A DNA stretch of 26,821 nucleotides, from contig NW_021834116.1 of assembly GCF_006345805.1 (NCBI RefSeq), positions 1 through 26,821 of the forward strand, given 5' to 3'. Each line of letters starts with the position of its first letter. Positions within the stretch are counted from its first letter, which is position 1. The notes under the pieces were generated by a model that made no database searches, was not told where the DNA came from, and saw only the letters and a list, made by a program, of their open reading frames with translations. This document shows positions 8,366 through 19,189 of the stretch, piece after piece. The DNA is from Octopus sinensis. Taxonomy: Eukaryota. A program made the translations under genes and the position numbers.

Positions 8366-8582
8366 CACTAGCTACAGCTCGCACTCTAACGAGAGTATTG
8401 TCTCTTTGAGTCACAGAAAGCACTACTTGAAACCTTTGGTGATTTGTTGTTGCCTGCTTTCAAGTAAACATCAACTGGTAATTAAGACCTATCCGGGAGT
8501 CCGTCAGAATAAAAATAATAACAAAAGTATTTTTAAACTCCTTTCCTTCATACATTCAAGCGTCAAAATCGTCATGAGTGAC

Positions 8583-8636
<54 letters not shown>

Positions 8637-8638
<2 letters not shown>

Positions 8639-8931
8639 GTTTGACTTTTGCTTTACGTTTGTACAACTTGGCTCCAAGTCTCGCCCAGAGACCTCAAGAG
8701 ACAAGTTGGTAGTTCATTTTGGTGTTATGCCTAGGGTGCCATATATTTGGTTTTGTACTTAGTGTTGTACTAGTGAATGTCTAAAAACACCATACGAAAA
8801 TTATGTTTGTTTAAAACTTGAGATTACATAGAAAGTATTTTGCGTAGGATATGAGCAGTTCCCATGAGCACTATCTTTTACATTTCTGCCATTTGGGGTT
8901 TCCTGGTATCTGGGCTAGGTAGCAATCAGCA

Positions 8932-8932
<1 letters not shown>
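8637..8932 (-). mobile_element. R4/Dong-clade LINE 3' end (copy C), flanked by TAA repeats on both sides
   Basis: Minus strand reads IADCYLAQIPGNPK, frameshift, KIVLMGTAHILRKILSM*. The 3' UTR has hairpin AGGTCTC-TGGGC-GAGACTT and ends AAAAGTCAAACAT-(AAT)n. Confidence 0.82.
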
Positions 8933-8997
<65 letters not shown>

Positions 8998-9078
8998 TAT
9001 CATTATTATTATATTATTATTATTAAATACATATATACTGTGCGACGTCTATAAATTATTTATTATAATAATAGTAAT

Positions 9079-9147
<69 letters not shown>

Positions 9148-9157
9148 TAATAATAAT

Positions 9158-9712
9158 ATGCAGTACCAGGCAGTGGCTCTCATGGCTTCTGATCTTAACT
9201 GATTGGAAGTGTTATCATGTACATTGTTTTGTCTTGGTTAAAAAGATGGGCTACAGCAAATATTCTGCTCAATACCACAGATTTGCTTGTCGTTGTTTGA
9301 CTTTAACCAGTTGAGCATGTCCTTTAGTGGCTGACGATATGTGCATCTTGATCACGAGCAGAAGTAGTGGGGGAGCATCATAGCCATGTGTTGAGAGGAT
9401 TCTTTGGGTTTGAATAATTCACCTCTGGAAACATGGGTGGTTCTTTCAACATCCTTAAACAACCCTTATTCAGGGACCTTTTGAGCGGATCGGGATGGGC
9501 TACTCGACCAGAAGAGAACATTTTTAACTGGGGCCCCACCTGCAAGGTCATGTCCTGTTTATCTTTTATGAGATCACCATGTCGCGCACATATGGTTGTG
9601 ATGCATGTGCCTGGTGTACCCTTATCAGACGGGTCTTCATGATGAGTATATTGGGCTTCGTATATTTTACCCCAGTGTCACTTTGATGGCATGAACTGCT
9701 CTCTCACTCAAT
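9158..9712. mobile_element. About 555-bp non-coding interspersed element inserted in an (AAT)n array; class unknown
   Basis: Higher-GC unique block with sharp boundaries against (AAT)n on both sides. No TIRs, no Pol III boxes and no recognisable ORF seen. Confidence 0.6.
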
Positions 9713-9715
9713 AAC

Positions 9716-9768
<53 letters not shown>

Positions 9769-9889
9769 TAATGGTCACTCACGTAGATTTTGACGCCTGA
9801 TTGTTTGAAGGAGAGGATTTAAAAGAAAATAAAGAAGCTACATCTATTTGTGATAGATGTGTGATTGTAATTTGAATCCTGATGGTTTA

Positions 9890-10256
9890 TATAAAAGATT
9901 GAGGACGGGACAAGACAACACAATAAGAGTGGGATTTAATCGTCTAAGAAGGTAATAAACATAAAAATTATATCAACTAGATCCTCAAAGGGGCGAGTCT
10001 TCCAAGGGCTACTCGTGGAAACCCCACAAACCACGATCACCCTGACTTCTAGGGCATGTACCCTTTTCCACTTCAACTACTCTCGATGTAGAGGCGCATG
10101 CGTTCACCCATCTTATAACAAAATTACTGGACAGCACTTTCCTCTCTACCCTGACCTTCCCTTTCAAGTGTAACTTGAAAAAGTTGATGAGTGATTGGCC
10201 AAAGAGGAAAATGTCTGCCTTCAGCCCTTTCAACTTTGTCCACCACACAACCTCAT
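9890..10256 (-). mobile_element. L1/Tx1-like LINE 3' end (ORF2 C-terminus plus 3' UTR)
   Basis: VWWTKLKGLKADIFLFGQSLINFFKLHLKGKVRVERKVLSSNFVIRWV resembles the Tx1-type C-terminal ...RVER..L...F..RW motif. A T-rich 3' UTR follows. Confidence 0.55.
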
Positions 10257-10270
10257 TCGCTAAGATAGAC

Positions 10271-10301
<31 letters not shown>

Positions 10302-10650
10302 TAGATTGATTCGTTTCCTAACTTTGGAACTAAAAAAGAGCTTCTGCTAATGTTGCTTCTTTTTAAAGTCTCTCCTTGAATATAATGTCGTCTTAGGGTA
10401 CACTGACCAGTTTGTCGGGGCCGGGCGTGGGGCTAATTCTGATTTAAGTAAGGTGTGGCTTACTGTCAATAAATAAATTCTATAGGGAGCAATGCATTGA
10501 CTAACTTTGTTGCTGCTACGGCAGCCCTACGCGAAGATTGATTTTGTTTGTTTTTTTCCTTTTTACTGTGGGATACTCAACGAAAAGAACTAAAACACCT
10601 GAACGAAGTAGCAATGGAAATATTACCAGACAAATTACATTTTAGATATT

Positions 10651-11077
10651 AGGCGTAGCTGTGTGGTAAGAAGTTTGCTTACTAACCACATGGTCCCGGA
10701 TTCGGTCGCACTTCGTGGTACCTAGGGCAAGTGTCTTCTAATATATCCTTGGGCTGACCAAAGCCTTGTCAGTGGATTTGGTAGATGGAAACTGAAAGAA
10801 GCCTGTCGTATATGCGTGTGTGTGTGTGTGCGTGCGTGAGTGTTAACTGTATGTGTGTCTTTGTGTCTTGTCTGTGTTTGTTACCTATCACCGCTTGACA
10901 ACCGATGTTTGCGTGTTTACGTCCCCGTAAGCTAGTGGCTCGGTAAAAGAATAAGAAGACCGATAGAATAAGTACTAGGCTTTTAAAAATGTCCTGCAGT
11001 CGATTTGTTCGACAAAAACCTCTCCATTTGCTCCAGCATAGCCGCAGTCAAATGATTGAATAAGATAAAAGATGAAA
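10651..11077 (+). mobile_element. SINE family A, full length
   Basis: Head GGCGTAGCTGTGTGGTAAGAAGTTTGC, body GGGCAAGTGTCTTCTA...GAAACTGAAAGAAGCC, tail CTCCAGCATAGCCGCAGTCAAATGATTGAA. Confidence 0.88.
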
Positions 11078-11116
11078 GTTAAAAGAACGATTGAAAAGTG
11101 GAAATGAATATATAAC

Positions 11117-11170
11117 GGTGGTGCCCCAGCATGACCGCAGCTCATGGGCTTAAACTAGTAAAGAAAAAAA
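11117..11170 (+). mobile_element. Extremely 5'-truncated CR1/L2-type LINE 3' terminus
   Basis: GGTGGTGCCCCAGCATGACCGCAGCTCATGGGCTTAAACTAG-(A)n matches the LINE version (CAGCTC hairpin, 2174-2215) rather than the SINE version (CAGTCA). Confidence 0.7.
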
Positions 11171-11817
11171 ATACATTTAATTATTTGAGTACATTGGCTG
11201 AAATTTGTATTAACAAATGAATGCGGATTTTGCAAATAATTCAACCGCCTAGAATAGCGAAACTTTTCAGTAAAAATAAAATATATATATATATATATAT
11301 ACAGTTTTCGCTTTTGATACGTAAATGAAAGAATAAAGTATTTGAAACGAATGGCAGAGAAAATGCCACAAAAGGAATTGTCTTTTTTATGTGGAGTATA
11401 AATCAGTGAATAAAAAGATATCGATGAATAATGTTTTCATAATACTTACGTGACTGACACTTATAGAAATAAACAAACGGTTGAAGCTATTTATAGAAAT
11501 TAGTAGCGGCAAATGAATATGGGGGTTTTGCTAATTGTTTAAACTAAATAGAAAAAATGGAAAAAAAAAAATTTTCTATGGAAATTTAGTTTCTACTCTT
11601 GACACATAAATAAAAGTAAATAAATAAGTGAATAAATAAATATTTGGAATGACAGTATTTGAAAAAAAAAATTTTCACTAAAGAAATCCTTTTTTTTTTT
11701 TTTTTTTTTTTTAAATATGGAACGATGGAACGAAAATAGATGAATAGAAATTTTTCAATGAATAATATCCATGTTATAATTACGGAAACATTATTCATTG
11801 AATGGTAATAATTACAG

Positions 11818-11931
11818 CACTCATTTTGAAAAGGACAAAAACTACCTCGAAACGTATTGGTCTTTGAAGCGTGGGCCTGGATACAAATATCTCCAGTGGC
11901 AGAATTCAGCGCTCGTCTCAGAAAAGAGGAG
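11818..11931 (+). CDS. Candidate isolated internal coding exon of unknown product (THFEKDKNYLETYWSLKRGPGYKYLQWQNSALVSEKR)
   Basis: TTACAG acceptor at 11812-11817 and GAG|GTAAAA donor at 11932. 114 nt, symmetric phase 2, only one of three frames open, GC-richer than the flanks. The polypyrimidine tract is weak and I recognise no homology. Confidence 0.25.
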
Positions 11932-12048
11932 GTAAAAGGAAGAAACAATAGATAGAAGCATACAGCTCACCCGTATTTCATAATCAAACGCACTGAAGAT
12001 CTATAGAGCCAAATAAAAGATTTTGAAGCATTCAGTATGATACACTGA

Positions 12049-12049
12049 A

Positions 12050-12127
<78 letters not shown>
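12049..12127. repeat. (TAG)n microsatellite
   Basis: Perfect trinucleotide array. Confidence 0.97.
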
Positions 12128-12129
<2 letters not shown>

Positions 12130-12212
12130 TGCTTTTGTGGATGTTCATTTTCTAATTTTCGAAAATCATATTCATATTCATAAAAATTTATTAAATGATA
12201 TTTTAATAGTCG

Positions 12213-12330
12213 TAGCTGCAGGTGGAACTGTGTGTAAGACGTTTGCATCCAAACCACATGATTCTGGGTTCAGTCCAACTAAAGTCTTGTGAACGGATTT
12301 GATATACTGAAATTCAAAAAAAAAAAATAG
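12213..12330 (+). mobile_element. SINE family A, degenerate 5' fragment
   Basis: AACCACATGATTCTGGGTTCAGTCC head, joined to AAAGTCTTGTGAACGGATTTG body remnant. Confidence 0.6.
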
Positions 12331-12399
12331 CACTGCTGGCGAATTGTGCGATAGATGTATCGGGTAGGATGCGAAAATAATTGATACATATGTAATGGT

Positions 12400-13855
12400 A
12401 ATATAAAGCAATGTTAGTAATTCTTACATTAAATTTTGTTCTTGCGCTGGTAAATTCGTGAATAGAGGTTTGCTTGTAGTAGGCTGGTTAGTTTCTTTGG
12501 GTAATTAGGGCGGGGTGAGTATTATTTAGGTGGTGGTTCCGAGTTTAATTAAGCATATTTTTTCCGCACGTTATATTCAATTATTTATATTCTAGATTAG
12601 TATCACTAATGTAGGTGAAGAGGGGTAATTCTTACAGGGTGAAAAGGGAGCTAACTCTTACCAAATTTTGGGTGGTTTGAAAATGTATTATGGCTAATAA
12701 TTATCTTATTGCTAGAGTTTAGGAAGTTCTTGGTGCTAGGAGGGGCCCTATGCATGTGCAAAGTGTATTGATATGGAATATTGGGGGCGAGTGGGTTTGC
12801 GGGGTGACTGTGTGTAAGTGTTTAAGGTGTTTCCCAGTTAATTAAACTTTTATAGATGAGTTTTCTAGTTTGGGACTATGAACGGCATAGAGGCCTGCAT
12901 AGAAACAAGAGGGGCTATTCTACTGGTATTTTGAAAATACAAAAACACCCACTTGAAGACAAGAATTGTTATTCTCAAATTTTCTGACAAGAAGGGTTTG
13001 TTTAGCCGTAAGTATAGCTAGGCGTTCTGATAGGCAAAGATCGCAGTATCTGTTTGCAATGTTCCAGGTGATTGTTTTAGTTAGTATACACCAGTTTAAG
13101 CTAAAATCTATTTGTTTATCCTTAAGTTCCCAAATGTATGTACTTAGTCCTGCAGAGTTAGCCTTATTCCTATTTCTGAAGCTCGATATGTGTGCATTAT
13201 ATCTGAGAATCATTTGGTTCTTAGTGGTACCTATGTATGATTTCGTCTGGTTATTTGTGCGGACGTCACATTGGTAAATTACGTTATTTGTCTTACATCT
13301 ATTTGAGAAATGGCAGTTTCGTCTATCCCTACAGCTGCATAAATAATTAGGTGTATCTATGTCCGTGTTGTAATGTGGTGGGGGGAGCAATTACTATTCA
13401 AGCCTGTACCTAATTTAACAGGAGGCGTTGCGTTAGTGGGTGGGGGGCGTAGTCCTATTAGTTGGTTGGTTATTATTTTTATTATTCACATTCTTTCTAG
13501 TTCCATAGAGTTTGTCAATTTTTTTAATATTATTTATTGAGGCTATTATTGTGGCTAAGTTATTATTCAGACTGTGGCCTATTCTGATTTCATTCCTAAA
13601 TAATTGCGTGTATTTATTATTAACCTTTAGGTGTATATCTATGATTTTCATTAATGAATGAACTATATTTGATTTGAGGTGCATGGTGGATAACGAGCCG
13701 GATATTATCGCTATTTTGTTTATTTTTTGTGTTGCTTTTTCTAGTATAGAAGCTTCCCTTCGTGTTTGTGATTCGTGTGAAGTTATAGTTGTAGGTATCT
13801 TGGTTATATCCATAGTTATGTTTCACTTTCGTGTAGCTTTTGTCTGTCCTAAGCA
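12400..13855 (-). mobile_element. Penelope-like retroelement relic (RT thumb region, GIY-YIG endonuclease, long 3' region), 5'-truncated
   Basis: Consistent A/C-rich minus strand. 13433-13813 aligns to the PLE thumb linker (KSNI..SLMKIIDIHL...IRIGHSLNNNLATIIASIN), followed by a Cys-rich linker and GIY-YIG. Four in-frame stops lie at 13391-13435. The 3' boundary is approximate. Confidence 0.8.
12920..13390 (-). pseudogene. GIY-YIG endonuclease domain of the Penelope-like element
   Basis: CSCRDRRNCHFSNRC Cys cluster, VIYQC...SYIGTT, LRYNAH, LSTYIWELKDK..FSLNWCIL and CDLCLSERLAIL are all typical Penelope EN motifs. Confidence 0.88.
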
Positions 13856-13874
13856 TATATAGAGAGATAGATAA

Positions 13875-13908
<34 letters not shown>

Positions 13909-13984
13909 ATAAATATATGTATACATATATATATACATTATATATATTATATATATATATACGTATATATATATATTACGTATA

Positions 13985-14026
<42 letters not shown>

Positions 14027-14452
14027 TATATATATGTGTGTGTGTGTCCATATACAACTATATCTATATATGCATATATATATATACAACAAAAAATGTA
14101 TATCTTAGACATACAGTTAACCAGGGTTTTGTGTCCACAAAGTCAAAGCCTTGTGGACAACTCGTTGATTCTCTCTCACTCTCTCTTTCTCTCACTGTCT
14201 CCCATATATATATGTATATATATAGAATTATATATATACATATATACATATATATACATATTATATACATACATATATATATCTCTTATTATAATATATA
14301 TATATACATATATATATTTGTGTGTATAAATATATATATGTGTGTAATATATATGTAATAATAATTTATTTATAATTATATATATATATACATATATACA
14401 TACATACATACAAACATACATACATACATACATACATACATACATACATACA

Positions 14453-14486
<34 letters not shown>

Positions 14487-14497
14487 CATATATATTC
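13856..14497. repeat. Compound microsatellite (CTAT, TA, TG, CATA)n
   Basis: Direct reading. Source of the many Y/I-rich ORFs. Confidence 0.93.
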
Positions 14498-14767
14498 AAT
14501 GCAATATTTAAACTGCAAAGATTTATGATAATGCCTAGCTGCATCAAGCTTTACGACTAGACATTATAATATTTAATATGACTAAACAACTTTAATGTTT
14601 AACTCTGATTTTCAGATAAAATGTGGAATTCATTGGAGTTTTTTCTTTTTCTTTTATTTCTCTCTTAAATGTATTCATTTATTCTCTTGACATTAAAAAA
14701 AACAACTTAATAGACATGTTTAAACTGCAAGAAAAGAATAAATTGCCATATATTGAAGCAAGCTATA

Positions 14768-15020
14768 CATATATAGGTACACATATACACACACACACAC
14801 ATACACATACATACATATACATACAAATACACACAGATAAAGAGGTGGTCAGAAGATTTGCTTAATGGCATTACTGAGCAAAAAGATTACAGAACACTTT
14901 GGTTTGGGACCCCTTTTGAACAACTCCCATATGTGTGGCTGACAAACAGTTAAACACGCACACACACACACATATGCATACATACATACATACATACATA
15001 CATACATACATACATACATG

Positions 15021-15067
<47 letters not shown>

Positions 15068-15200
15068 TTATATATGTATATATATAATTATATATATATA
15101 ATATATATATATATATGTATATATATATTCATATGCATTCATACATAAATACATACATACACACATATAGACATACATACTTACATACAAGCATACACAC
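14768..15200. repeat. Compound (CA/TA/CATA)n microsatellite
   Basis: Direct reading. Confidence 0.88.
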
Positions 15201-15205
15201 ACAAA

Positions 15206-15423
15206 TTTCCAGTGAACGGGTCCCCCTCTATACATTCAATGTTGGCCGACCGTACAGATCACAATTTTATGATCTGTGTAACCGACAACTTTGAACTGTG
15301 GACAATCTATGCTACCCCTAGCTACTAGCTTACAGAATACACTATTTATCTGTCCTACCTATCTATCTATCTAGCTAGCTAACAACCTGTCTGTCTGTCT
15401 GTTGATTTCTCTATCTATTTATC

Positions 15424-15432
<9 letters not shown>
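15206..15432 (+). repeat. Direct repeat, copy 1 (pairs with 16710-16859)
   Basis: TTTCCAGTGA...ACAATTTTA.GAT.TGTGTA.CCGACAACTTTGAAC.GTGGACAATCTA.GCTA...AGCTACT.GCTTACAGAATAC.CTAT, then a microsatellite insert, then ATCAAGATAGATA. Confidence 0.85.
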
Positions 15433-15686
<254 letters not shown>

Positions 15687-16709
15687 ATGCGGCTCATCTT
15701 AAATGATAGCCGTTTCACATTCAGTCTGGTTGTTCTGATTTACTTTCATCCCTGCACATGCGCGAATATGACTTTTCGCGCTATTCATCCATCACCACAG
15801 GACTTTATAAAAGACAAAAGAGACCAAGAATTGAAATGGATATTGAGACATTTGTACGTCATTGGATTTAAGTAACAAAAAGGTTGAACAACACTTTTGC
15901 AACTCTTTCGGTCGCCATACTAGGTTCCAGTGACAAGCATTGCAAGATGACTGGTTACTATTTTCAAAGATTCAGATCATAGTATCTTTCTTCTAGAAGA
16001 GTTGGTTTCCCAATAGCTTTGTCAAAAATAATATTAGCCTCCTCTACTCTTATAAAATTCATTTAACTCATAGTTGTGGCACTGTTACGTACTTTCATTC
16101 TGAGTCAAAACATACCTGGGAGTGATGGTAAATAATGGGTAATACCACGCTCCCCACAATTCCAGAACTCCCGAATTGGATCTTCTCTATCGGATGTAGT
16201 TTAATGTCATACCCAGGGCATACATACATCATTGATGATTCTTTTAGGAATGGATAGAAAGGCGCTCAATACATATGGCAGGGAATATATCATTTCACTT
16301 AAATGTGAGTTATACAGAGCTAGGGGTAGCCGACAGTGTGTGAGTGTATTTGTTACTACATTGCACCTCTGCCTACCCGGGACCATCGAACGACTTTTTC
16401 TCCCTCATGCGTTAAATGCAGCCTTCATTCTTAATGTTGAAGAATCGTTCAAACACATCAAGCGTAATATCTTTTCTATTAGAAAAGGCATTCCTATAAG
16501 AAAAGCCCCTTCTAGATTACTAACTAACACTCCTTCTACTTTAGAATTCTTTATCATATTTTCTTACTAAACCTTGTTGATTTTAATCTAATAGCCTCTT
16601 CCGGGGCTAACAACCATTGGTTGTTAACGATTGATCTCGTCAATTCCCTCTTAACAAGACCTCCAATCTGGTCTCTGTAAGTTTAGCGCGCCAGGAAAGA
16701 TGCGTTCAG

Positions 16710-16859
16710 TTTCCAGTGACGAGCTCCTTATATTTACATTCTGTTAGGATGACTATAAAGATTACAATTTTAAGATATGTGTACCCGACAACTTTGAACA
16801 GTGGACAATCTACGCTATTCTTAGCTACTGGCTTACAGAATACTCTATCAAGATAGATA
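16710..16859 (+). repeat. Direct repeat, copy 2
   Basis: Colinear with 15206-15345 plus 15421-15432. Confidence 0.85.
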
Positions 16860-17015
16860 ATCCGATGATGTTTGCTTATGTCCAAATTGGTGCATTCTTG
16901 TAATCCAATCGGTACCTGCCAAGTGGTTGGAAATTACTGACCAGACTTCCAAAGATCTTACGCACTTCTCGCCTATCATTTAGCTCCAAACAATCCAGAA
17001 TTGCATCCAAGCGAA

Positions 17016-17067
<52 letters not shown>

Positions 17068-17128
17068 TGTATATGAATATGTGTATGAGCGTGTTTGTGT
17101 GTATATATGTGTTTTGTTTGTGTATCAG

Positions 17129-17515
17129 TTTATTACCTCCACCTTAGCGATGGCGGATATATTATTTTCAGTCGTGTTTGTTTGTTTGTTTGTCTGTGGA
17201 CAAGATATCTCAAAAACCGCTGGATGGATTCGATGGAACTTTTAGAGATGTTTGGTCACGTGAATTGCATGAACTGATTAAATTTTGGGATCGATCTGGT
17301 ACTGGACAAGAGTTCTGGATTATTTTTCCTGTTTTTCTTTGTTTTTTTTTTTACTTAAGTTTTGAGAGCGGTCGGGTTCATTTTTAGTATTCTCATTTGT
17401 GAGAGCAGTCGAGGTTATTTCAGATATTCTCATTTTAAAAATCATCTCTGGCTAATCGTTGAGAGGACGTTAATGTTGCCTTGGCGGAGGTTTCTGCTCT
17501 CTGAATGCTCTTGTT
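17129..17515 (+). mobile_element. HINE/DINE-1-like non-autonomous Helentron
   Basis: 5' TTATTACCTCCACCTTAGCGATGGCGGA (self-complementary subTIR region), (GTTT)n, GATATCTCAAAAACCGCTGGATGGATT core, 3' subTIR GCCTTGGCGGAGGT (17478-17491) followed by a short tail ending in TT. Confidence 0.75.
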
Positions 17516-17744
17516 GTGTATGTTTTTTTTTACTAAGGTGAGTGATGGTTGGATGTTATGCAAATGTGTTTTGTATGGGCGTAATTTTGGTAATGCTGTC
17601 GTGGTTGTGTATTGTTCAGAGTGGGTGTGTCGTTATACAAAATTTTGTTGTCTGTTTTATTTATTTATTTATTTATTTGCGTTTTTTGTCCCTCCTCGCT
17701 AGATACATAATTCCACATCGGAAAGATTCGATTCCGAAGTAGAT

Positions 17745-18056
17745 GGTGTGTTTGTGTGTGTAAGTGTGTGTGTAAGTGTGTGTGTAGCATGTATATGTGT
17801 GTGTATAAGTGTGTGTGTGTAAGTTTGCTGATGTGTGTGTGTTTTCAAGTGAGTGTGTGTGTGTGTGTGTAGCATGTGTATTTGTGTATATGTGTGTGTA
17901 TAAGTGTGTGTGTAAGTCTGCTGATGTGTGTAAGTGTGTGTGTGTTTGTGTGTGTAACTGTACGTAAGTGTGTGTGTGCGTTTGTGAGTAAGTGTGTGTA
18001 TATGTGTATAAGTGTGTACGTGTGTAAGTGTGTATGTGTGTGTGTTGTGCATGTGT
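17745..18056. repeat. Degenerate TG-rich minisatellite with an internal tandem duplication of about 90 bp
   Basis: GTAGCATG...GTATAAGTGTGTGTGTAAGTYTGCTGATGTGTGT occurs at about 17782-17840 and 17869-17930. Confidence 0.85.
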
Positions 18057-18059
18057 AGG

Positions 18060-18960
18060 CGTACATGCCGATCTGTGTGTGTCTGGTAAAGGAGAGTAAC
18101 AAGAGGGTGGAGTTAAGTTGGGTATATTCCTGGGTTGTGTGTTTTGTTTCTGTTCTTGTTTGTCATTGATACTGCTGCTGGTCTTACTGTAACAAATGTT
18201 GTCGGTGTTCGTTCTGCTGTTGTCGATCCCGTTCCTTTCGCTGTGGGACGACGGTGTCAGTAGTAGAGGGGCCTCCACTCTCCCACTTTCAGAGAACTCT
18301 GAATGGTATTCCTTACAGCACAAAGGGCATCTTGGCTTTCTACCTTCAACTGCAACACGCAGATCTACTCCATTGAGCAGATTAATAAGGTCGGGGGTCT
18401 TTTCCACCTTCTCTGGTCTGACCTGATTAAAGATCTCTATTGTGGTCCCCTACAAAAACCCCTCTTCGTTCGTTTCATTTTTAGGAGTGTGTCACTTACT
18501 TCTAAAATGACACAAGCTAACACCCACCAGATACCCAACTCAAGGAGAACTCTCTATATTGACGCAACAGGTCTTTTTTCGCTAAAAATGCTGGGTAAAA
18601 GGTGAGCTCCCTATCATCTATAGAAACTAAAGAGTGCTTCAGCACGATAACTTTGTTCTTGAACACGAACTCCATATCCACGAATTACCTTGCTGTGGTG
18701 ACATACTCAACATCTGATCATGTTTCTTTCAGTTTTTTTTATACCTGAGCAAGTATCACTGCCTCTGGGTGTCGGTTTTCAGTCAACATACGCGATAACA
18801 CCACCGCCCTCATGCGGTTGCTGCCAAAACTTCAGTTTGGATCGCTTTCCCAAGCTGTTTCTTGTCAAGCGGGCTTCCTTGTTATTTAGAGAGATGGCGA
18901 ATGGTATATACGGAGATGATTTCGCAGCCATTCTAGCAAATGATTGTCTTCTCCAGCCAC
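18060..18960 (-). mobile_element. Putative degenerate LINE ORF1 (gag-like, Tx1/L1-type)
   Basis: Frameshifted reading ...DVEYVTTAR*FVDMEFVF...RELTFYPAF..., then TIEIFNQVRPEKVEKTPDLINLLNGVDLRVAVEGRKPRCPLCCKEYH, a VxVEGR..CX2CX4H knuckle remnant, followed by a low-complexity S/N/T tail. Confidence 0.45.
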
Positions 18961-18984
18961 TTTCACTTCGTCGTTATTTTTGGT

Positions 18985-19011
18985 GTTGTCACTGCTGTTT
19001 TTGCTGCTGTT

Positions 19012-19042
<31 letters not shown>

Positions 19043-19124
19043 TTGGTTTCGTTGTTGTTTCTGCTGCTGCAGTTACCGTTGTTGCTGATGTTACTATTGC
19101 TGCTCTCGCTGCTGTTGTTGTTTT

Positions 19125-19156
<32 letters not shown>
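18985..19156. repeat. Mixed (GTT/GCT)n followed by (TAG)n
   Basis: Direct reading. Confidence 0.9.
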
Positions 19157-19189
19157 AAATCTTTCCTTTCTCTCTGACTATACGAAACC

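Noticed and set aside
10427-10445. GC-box-like GGGGCCGGGCGTGGGGC
   Set aside because: An isolated short motif with no CpG island, TSS or gene evidence.
12400-12920. Strong G/T vs A/C strand skew suggestive of a mitochondrial insertion (NUMT)
   Set aside because: No mitochondrial gene, tRNA or rRNA motif recognised. The skew is continuous with the Penelope-like ORF on the same strand.
13840-14547. Multiple overlapping Y/I/M/C-rich ORFs
   Set aside because: Products of TA/CATA microsatellites that lack stops by composition. The same applies to ORFs at 461-885, 5528-5852, 15422-15718 and 26082-26400.
16232-16570. 112-aa ORF with a vague CLPGTIERLF (zf-RVT-like) segment
   Set aside because: The required Cys/His spacing is absent and no flanking RT motifs were seen, so it is too weak to call.
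17673-18407. 244-aa ORF, the longest in the track
   Set aside because: The C-terminal half is the CA-rich minisatellite. Only the N-terminal part is meaningful, and it is treated as a degenerate ORF1 relic, not a gene.
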